Shown here: piece by piece, positions 26,290-35,152 of the stretch | How positions within the stretch are numbered: position 1 is the stretch's first letter | Layout of the letters: each line of letters opens with the position of its first letter | DNA from: a virus | Lineage: Duplodnaviria; Caudoviricetes | Direction: 5' to 3' (one strand) | DNA: 46,681 nucleotides | Virus record (IMG/VR): IMGVR_UViG_3300037856_000060 | Span: 1 to 46,681 of that record | Translations under genes and position numbers: made by a program | Notes under the pieces: generated by a model | Databases searched by the model: none | What the model was told of the DNA's origin: nothing | What the model saw: only the letters and a program-made list of their open reading frames with translations

Positions 26290-27656
26290 TCCCCCAGCCG
26301 CTCGGCGCGCAGCTCGTCCATCGTCTTGCCGCTGGCCTCCTCGATCGCGAGCGCGTTGGTTTCCTTTTGCCACCGGCGGATCGCCACATCGACATAGGCT
26401 GGATCGAGCTCCATCGCGTAGCAGACGCGACCCGTGCGCTCGGCCCCGAGGATCTGCGTGCCCGATCCGCAGAACGGCTCGTAAAGCAGATCACCCGGAT
26501 CCGAGAACGCGGCCAGCACTTCCTCGACCAGGCGCACCGGGAACACTGCCGGGTGCGAGCCCGCGTCGCCCAGCCCGCCCTTGTGGCGCATCACCCGCCA
26601 GACGCTGTCGGGAATGCGGTGACTCTGGATCGCGTTGCCGGTCCCCGTCTTGGCATTAACTGTGCCGTCGGCTCCGCGTAGCCCGCCACCGCCGAGCGTT
26701 GCGCCGGCGTGCTTGCTCTCGACTGTCTTGTTCGGCTTCCGCGGCTGGCGGTTGAAGTGGAAGATGAACTCGTGCGAGGGCGCCAGCCGCCCGTTCCAGT
26801 CGCCGGGCAGGCCCGGCCCCTGGTCCCAAACATACCATCCGAAGCGACGCCAGCCCTGCGCGCGCATCCATTCCACCCAGCGTTCCCAATAGGGCATCCA
26901 CTCGCCGTCGCGGTGGACCAGGCCGAGGTTCACCAGCAGCTGCGCCGCGTCCGCGACGGGTGCTGCTGAGAAGACGCCCTGCATCAGAGCGTCCCAATCG
27001 CTGACCTTATCCTTCGCTGCGCCGTAGTCGCGCTGCTGCGCATAGGGCGGCGAGGTAAACATCAGCACTGCCTGCGTTCCTGCCATCAGTTTCTGGACCG
27101 CTGCCTTGTCGGTCGCGTCGCCACAGCCGAGGCGGTGCGTGCCCAGCGTCCAGACGTCGCCCGGCTGGCTCACCGGAAAGTCGTCGGGCTCCGGGTTCTC
27201 GTCAGCGGTGTCGCTGATACGCTCCTCGGGTTCTTCGCCCGGCATCAGCGCAGCCAGTTCCTCTGCGGTGAATCCGACCAGGTCGAGATCGAACCCGAAA
27301 GCCGTCAGCGCCTCGACCTCAGCCCGCAGCGCGTCCTCGTCCCATGTGCCCAGCTCGGTCAACTTGTTGTCGGCGATCCGGTAGGCCCGGCGCTGCGCCT
27401 CGGTCAGATGCCCGAGCACGATCACCGGCACGCGCTCGAGGCCGATCGACTGCGCTGCGAGCACGCGGCCATGGCCTGCGATCAACTCGCCATCCTCGGC
27501 CACCAGGCAGGGCACCGTCCAGCCGAACTCGGCCATGCTGGCGGCGATCCGCGACACCTGGTCTGGCCCGTGCTGCTTTGCGTTGCGCGCGTAAGGCACC
27601 AGCGCGTCGATCTGCCAGTGCTGCACGTCGCCCGGCATCGCGACAGTGGCGGTCAC
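26286..27656 (-). CDS. ParB-domain DNA methyltransferase (N4/N6 family, SPPY)
   Basis: PYARNAKQH, IAGHGR, AYRIADNKL (ParB); FTSPPY, HPAVFP, EPFCGSGT. Confidence 0.9.
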   Translation of the reverse strand: MTATVAMPGDVQHWQIDALVPYARNAKQHGPDQVSRIAASMAEFGWTVPCLVAEDGELIAGHGRVLAAQSIGLERVPVIVLGHLTEAQRRAYRIADNKLTELGTWDEDALRAEVEALTAFGFDLDLVGFTAEELAALMPGEEPEERISDTADENPEPDDFPVSQPGDVWTLGTHRLGCGDATDKAAVQKLMAGTQAVLMFTSPPYAQQRDYGAAKDKVSDWDALMQGVFSAAPVADAAQLLVNLGLVHRDGEWMPYWERWVEWMRAQGWRRFGWYVWDQGPGLPGDWNGRLAPSHEFIFHFNRQPRKPNKTVESKHAGATLGGGGLRGADGTVNAKTGTGNAIQSHRIPDSVWRVMRHKGGLGDAGSHPAVFPVRLVEEVLAAFSDPGDLLYEPFCGSGTQILGAERTGRVCYAMELDPAYVDVAIRRWQKETNALAIEEASGKTMDELRAERLGE

Positions 27657-28912
27657 GCCGCGACCCGCTCAGCGCGCAGTTCGTCCATCGTCTTGCCTGT
27701 CGCCTCCTCGATCGCGACCTCGCCAGTCAGGTTCTGCCAGCGCGCGACCGCGACGTCGACATAGGCGGGGTTCAGTTCCACCCCGTAGCAGACGCGCCCG
27801 CAAGTCTCGGCCGCGATCAGCGTAGTGCCCGACCCCATGAACGGCTCGTAGATCGCCTGCCCGGGGCTCGAGTTGTTGGCCATCGGCCGGCGCATGCACT
27901 CGACTGGCTTCTGCGTGCCGTGCGTCGTCTCCGCGTCCTGGTCCTTCGAGGATATCTGCCACAGCGTCGTCTGCTTGCGGTCACCCGCCCAATGGCCTTT
28001 GCCCTTCTTGCGCACCGCGTACCAGCAGGGCTCGTGCTGCCAGTGGTAATCGCCGCGGCTGAGCACCAGGCGCTCCTTGGCCCAGATGATCTGCGAACGG
28101 ATCGCGAAGTTGGTGGCCTCGAGCGATTCCGCGACCACCGGCGCGTGCAGCGCCCCGTGCCAGACATAGGCGACGTCGCCGGGGAACAACGCCCAAGCCT
28201 CGCGCCAGTCCGCACGGTCGTCGTTCAGCACAATGCCGGTGCGCTTCGTTTTCGCGGCACCGGCTTGGTTGCGCCAGGCTGGATCGTACTCCACGCCATA
28301 GGGCGGATCCGTCACCATCAGTAGCGGCTTCACACCGCCGAGCAGCTTCGACACCACGCTGGCCGATGTGCTGTCGCCGCAGATCAGCCGGTGGTTGCCC
28401 ATCACCCACAAGTCGCCCTCGATTGCGACCGGCTGCTCGGGGATCTCCGGAACCTCGTCCTCGCCTTCGACACCGGCGCCGCCGTCGTCCTCTTCGGTGG
28501 AGAGCAGTGCGTTCAGATCCTCATCGGCGAACCCCAGCAGCTCGAGGTCGTAATCCTCGGCCAGCAACATCTGCACTTCCTCGAGCAGCGCCTCCTCGTC
28601 CCAGGTGCCCAGCTCGGTCAGCTTGTTGTCAGCGATCCGGTAGGCGCGGCGCTGCGCGTCGGTCAGGTGTCTCAGCACGATCACCGGGGCTTGCTCGAGT
28701 CCCAGCTGCCCCGCCGCCAGCACGCGGCCGTGGCCCGCGATCAGATCACCGTCCTCGGCGACGAGGCAGGGGACAGTCCATCCGAACTCGACCATGCTCG
28801 CCGCGATTCGCGCGACCTGCTCGAGCCCGTGCTGTTTCGCGTTGCGCGCATAGGGCTTCAGGCGCTCGAGCGGCCAGAGCTCGACACGCTCGGGCGCGAA
28901 GGTCAGATCCAT
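27653..28912 (-). CDS. ParB-domain DNA methyltransferase (N4/N6 family, DPPY)
   Basis: Same ParB N-terminus; VTDPPY, HGTQKPVE, EPFMGSGTT. Confidence 0.9.
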   Translation of the reverse strand: MDLTFAPERVELWPLERLKPYARNAKQHGLEQVARIAASMVEFGWTVPCLVAEDGDLIAGHGRVLAAGQLGLEQAPVIVLRHLTDAQRRAYRIADNKLTELGTWDEEALLEEVQMLLAEDYDLELLGFADEDLNALLSTEEDDGGAGVEGEDEVPEIPEQPVAIEGDLWVMGNHRLICGDSTSASVVSKLLGGVKPLLMVTDPPYGVEYDPAWRNQAGAAKTKRTGIVLNDDRADWREAWALFPGDVAYVWHGALHAPVVAESLEATNFAIRSQIIWAKERLVLSRGDYHWQHEPCWYAVRKKGKGHWAGDRKQTTLWQISSKDQDAETTHGTQKPVECMRRPMANNSSPGQAIYEPFMGSGTTLIAAETCGRVCYGVELNPAYVDVAVARWQNLTGEVAIEEATGKTMDELRAERVAA

Positions 28913-28939
28913 GTTTCTCTCTGAGTTGCCGCGGCGCGG

Positions 28940-29101
28940 GGGTGGCTTCCATAATTCAGCCAGTCACTTGGCCAGGGTGGCTTCCAAAATCGAAGATTGA
29001 GGCCACCCCTCTGTCGGATCACGCGCGACGGCAAACCCCCGCCTTCACGGGCGATGCGCGATCTTCCCCGCCCGACTTCCTGGCTTGGGTGGCTTCCAAA
29101 A
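28940..29101 (-). repeat. cosB-like terminase-binding repeats (GGGTGGCTTCCA)
   Basis: Exact copies at 28940, 28975 and 29087 plus an inverted two-mismatch copy at 28997-29008, next to the cosN-like site. Confidence 0.7.
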
Positions 29102-29131
29102 TTTTCGGGCCTGTCGCTAGCGAACTTGCGC

Positions 29132-29171
29132 GCTCAGCCCCCCCGTATACGTTTGGTGCCGGAAAGGAACC
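29132..29171 (-). other. cosQ/cosN-like packaging site
   Basis: Minus strand reads GGTTCCT-TTCCGG...TACG-GGGGGGCTGAGC-GCGCAAGTTCGCTA...GAAAATTTT, paralleling lambda GGGTCCT-TTCCGG...TACG-GGGCGGCGACCT-CGCGGGTTTTCGCTA...GAAAATTTT. Confidence 0.78.
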
Positions 29172-29526
29172 GTGGCCGGGGGGCGGTGCGCAGCAGTATC
29201 AATGGCATAGAAGGTACGCCATCGACTGCATCAAAGCGCGAAAATGAAAAAGGCGCCACAGTTTCATCTAGGCGCCATCCTTGAATGATTACTGGATACG
29301 TCAATATGTTGAGATTTTCAATAGTGCATACGCCAGGGGCGCAAATCGTTCTGTGGGACGCTTACGTTCACCGTATGTGGCTTGCGACGTCGTCCTTGGA
29401 CAGCATTTCATCCCGGCGTGCAATGGATTCCGGGGGCCTCGCTCTTTTGCGGGTTAAAGTAATGCTCAAGCGTTTCGATCCTACGAGAGCATCTGCATCG
29501 CAAAAAGGTAGATTGTCTCAGACTGT

Positions 29527-29548
29527 TTTATCGCTTATCGACGATGAA
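29527..29548 (+). promoter_or_regulatory. Putative ArsR operator
   Basis: Imperfect inverted repeat TTTATCG-N8-CGATGAA just upstream of arsR. Confidence 0.5.
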
Positions 29549-29566
29549 CGGTAACCGGAGCTGTCG

Positions 29567-29887
29567 ATGAACTCTGATGAACATCTCGCGGAACTGGCCA
29601 AAGCGCTTGGGCATCCAGCACGCCTTCGGATCGTAAGGCTGTTGCAGGCCACTCCGGGCTGTATCGGCGGTGACATCGTCGATGCTGTCGGCCTGGCACA
29701 GTCCACGGTGTCGGAGCACCTGCGAATCCTCAAGACGGCGGGGATCATCTCAGGCGAGATCGACGGCCCGCGCGTATGCTATGCGCTGAACCCCGCTGCG
29801 CTCACCCCGTTTGCCGCATTCATCGCCAGCCTTACACCGCCCTCCGGCGAGGTGTGCTGCCTCCCCACTCAGAAGGAAACCACATGA
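29567..29887 (+). CDS. arsR: ArsR/SmtB-family repressor
   Basis: [28 protein letters not shown]-terminal CC pair; first gene of the ars operon. Confidence 0.9.
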   Translation: MNSDEHLAELAKALGHPARLRIVRLLQATPGCIGGDIVDAVGLAQSTVSEHLRILKTAGIISGEIDGPRVCYALNPAALTPFAAFIASLTPPSGEVCCLPTQKETT

Positions 29888-30897
29888 GCCTGTTCGAACG
29901 CTGGCTGACCCTGTGGGTCACCCTCTGCATCGTGGCGGGTCTTGTGCTGGGCAATCTCATGCCCGGCCTGTTCGCTGTGCTGGCAGGCTTGGAATATGCC
30001 TCGGTCAACCTTGTGGTGGCCGTGCTGATCTGGGCGATGGTCTATCCGATGATGATCGCCATCGACTTCGGATCATTGAAGGATGTCGGGCGGCGGCCGA
30101 AGGGCCTCGTCATCACGCTGGCGGTCAACTGGCTCATCAAGCCCTTCAGCATGGCAGCCCTTGCCGTGTTGTTCTTCAACCACCTGTTCGCGGGGCTGAT
30201 CGACCCGGCCAAGGCGCCGGAATACATCGCGGGGCTGATCCTGCTGGGCGCGGCGCCCTGCACGGCGATGGTCTTCGTCTGGTCGCAGCTGACCAAGGGC
30301 GATCCGAACTACACGCTGGTGCAGGTCAGCGTGAACGACCTGATCATGGTCGTGGCCTTCGCGCCCATCGTGGCGTTCCTGCTGGGCGTCACGGACATCA
30401 ACGTGCCTTGGGAAACGCTGATCCTGTCCGTCATCCTCTACATCGTGATCCCTCTGATCGTAGGCTGGCTGACCCGGCGCGCCCTTCTCGCCCGGCGGCA
30501 ATCGGTCGAGGCATTCACCGCCCGGATCAAGCCTGCTTCGGTTGTCGGGCTGCTTGTCACAGTGATCCTGCTGTTCGGCTTCCAGGGGCAGGTCATCATC
30601 GCCCAGCCGCTTCTGATCGCGCTGATCGCGGTGCCCATCATCATCCAGTCCTACAGCATCTTCGCGCTTGGCTATGTCTGGGCCTATGCATGGCGGCTGC
30701 CGCACAAGGTGGCGGCCCCCTGCGCGCTGATCGGCACGTCGAATTTCTTCGAACTGGCCGTGGCGGTGGCGATCGGGCTGTTTGGGCTGAATTCCGGCGC
30801 GGCGCTGGCCACGGTCGTGGGCGTTCTGGTCGAGGTGCCGGTGATGTTGTCGCTCGTCGCCTTCGCCAACCGCACCAGAGAAAGGTTCCCGGCATGA
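29884..30897 (+). CDS. acr3: Acr3-family arsenite efflux transporter
   Basis: [50 protein letters not shown]. Confidence 0.95.
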   Translation: MSLFERWLTLWVTLCIVAGLVLGNLMPGLFAVLAGLEYASVNLVVAVLIWAMVYPMMIAIDFGSLKDVGRRPKGLVITLAVNWLIKPFSMAALAVLFFNHLFAGLIDPAKAPEYIAGLILLGAAPCTAMVFVWSQLTKGDPNYTLVQVSVNDLIMVVAFAPIVAFLLGVTDINVPWETLILSVILYIVIPLIVGWLTRRALLARRQSVEAFTARIKPASVVGLLVTVILLFGFQGQVIIAQPLLIALIAVPIIIQSYSIFALGYVWAYAWRLPHKVAAPCALIGTSNFFELAVAVAIGLFGLNSGAALATVVGVLVEVPVMLSLVAFANRTRERFPA

Positions 30898-31322
30898 GCT
30901 TTCCTGTCGTCATCCACCACAACCCCGGCTGCGGAACCTCGCGCAACGTGCTCGAGATCATCCGCGCCGCCGGATACGAGCCCGTCGTGATCGACTACCT
31001 GACCGAAGGCTGGGCCCGCCCGCAGCTTCTGGCGCTGTTCGCAGCCGCCGGGATCACCCCGCGCGAGGCGCTGCGCATCTCGCGCACGCCTGCCGAGGAA
31101 TTGGGCCTGACCGCCGAAAGCGTGACGGACGATCAGTTGCTGGACGCCATGGTCGCACATCCGATTCTGGTGAACCGGCCCATCGTCTGCACCGCCAAGG
31201 GGGTGCGCCTGTGCCGCCCGTCCGAGCTTGTGCTGGACTTGCTGTATCGCCTGCCGCCCGGCCCGCTGGCCAAGGAGGACGGGCAGCTGATCATCGACGC
31301 CGAAGGGAACCGTCTTGTCTGA
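30894..31322 (+). CDS. arsC: Glutaredoxin-dependent arsenate reductase
   Basis: [27 protein letters not shown]; ATGA overlap with acr3. Confidence 0.93.
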   Translation: MSFPVVIHHNPGCGTSRNVLEIIRAAGYEPVVIDYLTEGWARPQLLALFAAAGITPREALRISRTPAEELGLTAESVTDDQLLDAMVAHPILVNRPIVCTAKGVRLCRPSELVLDLLYRLPPGPLAKEDGQLIIDAEGNRLV

Positions 31323-32031
31323 CACGCCCAACATCGACGATGCGCTTTTCAACGGCATCGATCCCGACCGCCTGTTCGGCGGCGCGCCATCGACACATCC
31401 GCCACGCATCCTAATCCTCTACGGCTCGCTCCGCGCCCGCAGCTTTTCGCGGTTGGCGGCCGAGGAAGCGGGGCGCATCCTGACGCGGCTCGGTGCCGAG
31501 GTCCGGTTCTTCAACCCTTCCGGCTTGCCGCTGGTCGATGACGGCGTGGACGCGAGCCACCCCAAGGTGCGAGAGCTGCGCGACCTGACAGCCTGGTGCG
31601 AGGGCATGGTCTGGTCCAGCCCCGAACGCCACGGCGCCATGACGGGGCTGATGAAGACGCAGATCGACTGGATCCCGCTTTCCGATGGCGCGGTGCGCCC
31701 CACGCAGGGCAAGACGCTGGCCGTCATGCAGGTCTCGGGCGGCTCGCAAAGCTTTAACGCGGTCAACCAGATGCGCGTCCTTGGCCGCTGGATGCGGATG
31801 CTGACGATCCCCAACCAATCCTCGATCCCCAAGGCGTTTCAGGAGTTCGACGAGGCCGGGCGGATGCGCCCCTCGGCCCTCTACGACCGGATCGTCGACG
31901 TGATGGAGGAACTGGTGAAGTTCACCCTGCTGACGCGCGACCGGGCGGAGTATCTCGTCGACCGCTATTCCGAACGCAAGGAAAGCGCCGAGGCGCTGAT
32001 GAAGCGGGTAAACCTTTCAGCTGCGACCTGA
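31315..32031 (+). CDS. arsH: ArsH NADPH-dependent FMN reductase
   Basis: [39 protein letters not shown]. Confidence 0.95.
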   Translation: MSDTPNIDDALFNGIDPDRLFGGAPSTHPPRILILYGSLRARSFSRLAAEEAGRILTRLGAEVRFFNPSGLPLVDDGVDASHPKVRELRDLTAWCEGMVWSSPERHGAMTGLMKTQIDWIPLSDGAVRPTQGKTLAVMQVSGGSQSFNAVNQMRVLGRWMRMLTIPNQSSIPKAFQEFDEAGRMRPSALYDRIVDVMEELVKFTLLTRDRAEYLVDRYSERKESAEALMKRVNLSAAT

Positions 32032-32184
32032 TGCGATGCGGAGCGTTGCTCGTTGTTTGTTAGATAGTCTAGCCTTCACCCATGGCAAAAGCGCAAGATC
32101 TGGGATCGACAGCTTGACGTAAGCGGGAAACCAGCTCCGGTATAATCTGAGGTCGGCATCGGCCGAAAGAGCGTGGATTCGCCG

Positions 32185-32907
32185 CTACACGAACTCATAC
32201 TTCGTCGCATTGCCATCATTCACAACCAGATCCTGCTTCCTTTTCCGTTCCCAAGGCCGCGCCAGCGGCAGCCGCTCCTCGAGGACGTGCTGACGCAGCA
32301 TCTTTCCATCCTCGAGCGCATCGCGAATGTGTGTCAACGCTTCGCGCCAGCGGTCATAGACTGCTCGATGAGCCTCGATCAGGCGCGGGTCAGGGTCAAG
32401 CCGGACAGGGCACCAGCGAAGCTCGACCGTGCGCCAGCGCCCGCGGCTGAAGACGCGCTCATGGCCGCAGACCGCGGATTGCCCGCGCTGGCCGTGCTTG
32501 GTCTGGCGCCACTCGACAGGGACGCAGCGGGGCACCGCGCCTGGCATCCAATCAGGCGTCAGCCCCGCGCGCGCCAGCTCTGCCACGCGGATTGCCATGC
32601 GCAGCCCGCCCAGATCATCCGGGATGCTGGCCACGGCCGCCGCGACCACTTCGGCGTCTTCGTGCGGATCGTTGCTGCCACCACCATCGACGCGGCATCC
32701 CAGCATCGCGCGCTGCATCAGGACGTATTCCAACCCGAACCCGAAGCCCCGATCGTCGTGGTGTCGGGGATCCGGCAGCTCGAGTTGCACGCGCTCCACC
32801 CGAAACGCCCATTCGAGCAGATCTTGCACGCACATACGCCTCGGCCCCGAGGGACGTGCGGGTCGCATGCCCGCCGAACTGAATCCACGCCGCGCGTTCA
32901 TCAGCAA
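32185..32907 (-). CDS. Hypothetical protein at the late-regulator (Q) position
   Basis: Last gene of the early operon, overlapping the replication gene stop. Function inferred from position only; start uncertain. Confidence 0.55.
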   Translation of the reverse strand: MLMNARRGFSSAGMRPARPSGPRRMCVQDLLEWAFRVERVQLELPDPRHHDDRGFGFGLEYVLMQRAMLGCRVDGGGSNDPHEDAEVVAAAVASIPDDLGGLRMAIRVAELARAGLTPDWMPGAVPRCVPVEWRQTKHGQRGQSAVCGHERVFSRGRWRTVELRWCPVRLDPDPRLIEAHRAVYDRWREALTHIRDALEDGKMLRQHVLEERLPLARPWERKRKQDLVVNDGNATKYEFV

Positions 32908-33854
32908 GACACCCCGCGTCTGATCAATTGATCCCGTGAAACCAGACCACTGGCCACCAGGCGGCCGGCCATGGTGTTCGAAATCGCACCAGGCGGCAGA
33001 AACCGCTCACCGTTCACCCAATCCGCAAAAAATGCGATCTGGTCCTGGTCGCTGGCCGGCGGCACTGTCCGTTTTTGCGCCAGGGGCTTCGCGGCGGCAC
33101 GTTGCTGTGCTGCGCCGCGCGCCATCGCCCGGTCCAGCGCCTTGGGGCCATCCGGTGGCTCGGGATGGGCAAGCCGCGATTCTGCCGCGATCGCCAGGAT
33201 GGATTGCTCGGCAAGCCCATGATCCCGGATCCAGCGCGCCACGTGCCGGCGCGGCGCAGCGCCCTGCCACCAGCCCGGCAAACGATCAGGATCGAGACGC
33301 AGCGCCTCGATCAACTTCAAAAAGAATTCATCCGAGATTTCGGAGCTCGCGCGCTCGCGCGCGTCCTCCTCCTCCTCCTTTACTGGTTCTCTTAAAGGTT
33401 CCCTTACAGGGTTATTAGACTCCGGAATCCGGAGTCGGCTTTCGCCAAAATCCGGAGTCGGCTCTGGCCAGAATCCGGAGCCGGAACCGTCTCCGGAATC
33501 CGGAGTCGGACCGGGTTCATGTTCCGCGTCCGTTCCGGAAAAGCCGTCTCCGGTTTCCGGAGTCGGCTCTTGCGCAAACTCCTTCTCGAAGCCCAAGATG
33601 TAGCGTGTCCGCTGCTGGCGGTTGGTCTTCGGATCACGCGACCGAACACGCCTGACAAGGCCAGCCTCCTCGAGCTTCTTCAGGTGCTCGTTCAGGGTCG
33701 ATTGAGACATCTCTGCGTCATGCGCGAGCTGTGCCTGCGATGGAAAGCAGCCAAAGTCCGGGTTGTGACGGTCGCACAGGTGCCAGAGCACGATCTTTGT
33801 GGCCGGTTTCAGGCCCCGCTGCTGCACGGCCCAGTTGGTGGCGCGGTGGCTCAT
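32901..33854 (-). CDS. Replication initiator (N-terminal HTH, lambda O-like architecture)
   Basis: KIVLWHLCDRHN...CFPSQAQLA...STLNEHLKKLEEAGLV; repetitive linker carrying iterons. Confidence 0.85.
   Translation of the reverse strand: MSHRATNWAVQQRGLKPATKIVLWHLCDRHNPDFGCFPSQAQLAHDAEMSQSTLNEHLKKLEEAGLVRRVRSRDPKTNRQQRTRYILGFEKEFAQEPTPETGDGFSGTDAEHEPGPTPDSGDGSGSGFWPEPTPDFGESRLRIPESNNPVREPLREPVKEEEEDARERASSEISDEFFLKLIEALRLDPDRLPGWWQGAAPRRHVARWIRDHGLAEQSILAIAAESRLAHPEPPDGPKALDRAMARGAAQQRAAAKPLAQKRTVPPASDQDQIAFFADWVNGERFLPPGAISNTMAGRLVASGLVSRDQLIRRGVSC
33378..33566. repeat. Replication origin: five TCCGGAG(T/C)CGG iterons plus adjacent AT-richer tract
   Basis: Copies at 33428, 33451, 33474, 33499 and 33556; palindrome GACTCCGGA-A-TCCGGAGTC at 33418; AT-richer tract at about 33378-33417. 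Confidence 0.8.
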
Positions 33855-34090
33855 CTTCGCCCCTCCCCCACCGCGTCCCTCGCCCGCGCCGCAGAGCCTG
33901 CTGGCGGGGGCTGCGGCGTTCCGTCGAGCAATACCTCGAGCATCGCCTCAATGCGCGTCAGGCGTTGGCGCACCTCGTGGCGGAATGCGGTATCGTCATC
34001 GGGCCATGCGCGCGGCAGGCCGAGACGTGCGATCCTGCCCGCAAGCTCTTCGTCGTCGACCGGCGTCAGGCCGTCTTTGGAACGGGCCAT
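33851..34090 (-). CDS. Hypothetical protein
   Basis: GGAGG RBS; stop overlaps the replication gene start. Confidence 0.6.
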   Translation of the reverse strand: MARSKDGLTPVDDEELAGRIARLGLPRAWPDDDTAFRHEVRQRLTRIEAMLEVLLDGTPQPPPAGSAARARDAVGEGRR

Positions 34091-34503
34091 TTCTGCCTCC
34101 ATTCTCGTGTGGTGAAATTGTTCTGAGCAAGGGCCGCCCGCGCGTCCTCGACGCTGCGGACGACAGCGTATGCATGGCCCTGCGCGGTGACAGCGGCCTC
34201 GAAGGCGATCTGCGCCGTGGTCTGACGCCCAGTCTTGCTCTTGACCTCAAGGTACAGGTTGCGGCCCTCCGACAGGACCAGCAGATCCGAGAATCCCGGA
34301 TGCACGCCCATCCCGACCGCGATCGCCTGTGCCAACTTGTGGCCGCGCCCGGCGCCACGCACCTCGTTCGCCGAATGGTGCACGATCGCGCCAGGCGGGA
34401 GGACAGCCCGAAGAAACCGCACGATATCGCGCTGTGCGTCGGCTTCTGGCGTGCCGCGCTGCCGCTGCGGAGTTGGGACAGCGTGTCTCGCGCGCGAGGT
34501 CAC
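34066..34503 (-). CDS. VRR-NUC (PD-(D/E)xK) nuclease
   Basis: EADAQRDI, GVHPGFSDL, YLEVKSKTGRQTTAQ. Confidence 0.85.
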   Translation of the reverse strand: MTSRARHAVPTPQRQRGTPEADAQRDIVRFLRAVLPPGAIVHHSANEVRGAGRGHKLAQAIAVGMGVHPGFSDLLVLSEGRNLYLEVKSKTGRQTTAQIAFEAAVTAQGHAYAVVRSVEDARAALAQNNFTTREWRQKWPVPKTA

Positions 34504-34715
34504 GGTCGATCCTCCCGTTCCTTTTCGCGTTCAATCACCCGGCGCATGCGCCCGACATGCCGATACCGGCGCATGACCGCGTCGCGGTGGTGGCGCCAGT
34601 GAAAGCCATCGACAGGGATGCCGGAAACACCCGCCGGAATGACCTTGACCTTTCCCGCCTGCATCGCCGCATCGATCGCCGCGCGCTCGTGATCGGTAAG
34701 CTTGTCGCCCATCAC
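34500..34715 (-). CDS. Hypothetical protein
   Basis: AIDAAMQAGKVKVIPAG; overlaps neighbouring genes at both ends. Confidence 0.6.
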   Translation of the reverse strand: MMGDKLTDHERAAIDAAMQAGKVKVIPAGVSGIPVDGFHWRHHRDAVMRRYRHVGRMRRVIEREKEREDRP

Positions 34716-35152
34716 GCAGCTCGCTTTGCGGCGGCGCGCATCGTGGCGTTCTCCCGGGCGGCAACCGCACGCATGCGGCTTGCCAGCTTGCGCTCCCAGA
34801 ATTCACTGATTGGCAGGTTGGCCTTCCAGCCGCCATTCATGGTGCCGGAGCATCCGCGCTCCCGGCGTGGAAGTCCTGCCTTGCGGGCGGCGTTGGTCGC
34901 ACAAGCATGGTGCGACATTCCGAAATGCGCAGCGATGTCGCGCGAGGAGACCCCTGCCAGCCACATTTCACGCAACAGGTCGGGATCGTGCTTCAGTTTG
35001 CGAACCTTGGCACGGCCGGGCAGGCCCAGGCGCCTTGCACGCTCACTGACGGCCTGTCGCGTCACGCCCAACGCCTGCGCAATCCTCTCCGTGGGGACAG
35101 AGTGGTTGTTCCAGAGCGCGATGAAAGCCTCGCGGTTGATCGCATGTGCCAT
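34712..35152 (-). CDS. Tandem-HTH protein resembling the GcrA N-terminal domain
   Basis: Two repeats: LWNN....IAQALGVTRQAVSERARRLGL and EMWLAGVSSRDIAAHFGMS....ARKAGL. Confidence 0.62.
   Translation of the reverse strand: MAHAINREAFIALWNNHSVPTERIAQALGVTRQAVSERARRLGLPGRAKVRKLKHDPDLLREMWLAGVSSRDIAAHFGMSHHACATNAARKAGLPRRERGCSGTMNGGWKANLPISEFWERKLASRMRAVAARENATMRAAAKRAA

Noticed and set aside
29285-29554. 89-aa ORF upstream of arsR
   Set aside because: No RBS or motif and atypical codon usage; more likely non-coding.
29811-31322. 503-aa ORF as a large ArsC fusion
   Set aside because: The upstream part is an alternate frame of acr3; ArsC starts at 30894.
32114-32146. TTGACG...TATAAT as a sigma70 promoter
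   Set aside because: The spacer is 21 nt, too long, and there is no credible downstream plus-strand gene.
33392-33407. TTAA...TTAC beside the origin as a CtrA box
   Set aside because: The spacer is 8 nt, not the canonical 7.
33418-33566. Repeats as a CRISPR array
   Set aside because: Units are 11 bp with short irregular spacers, lie inside a CDS, and no cas genes are present; they fit iterons.
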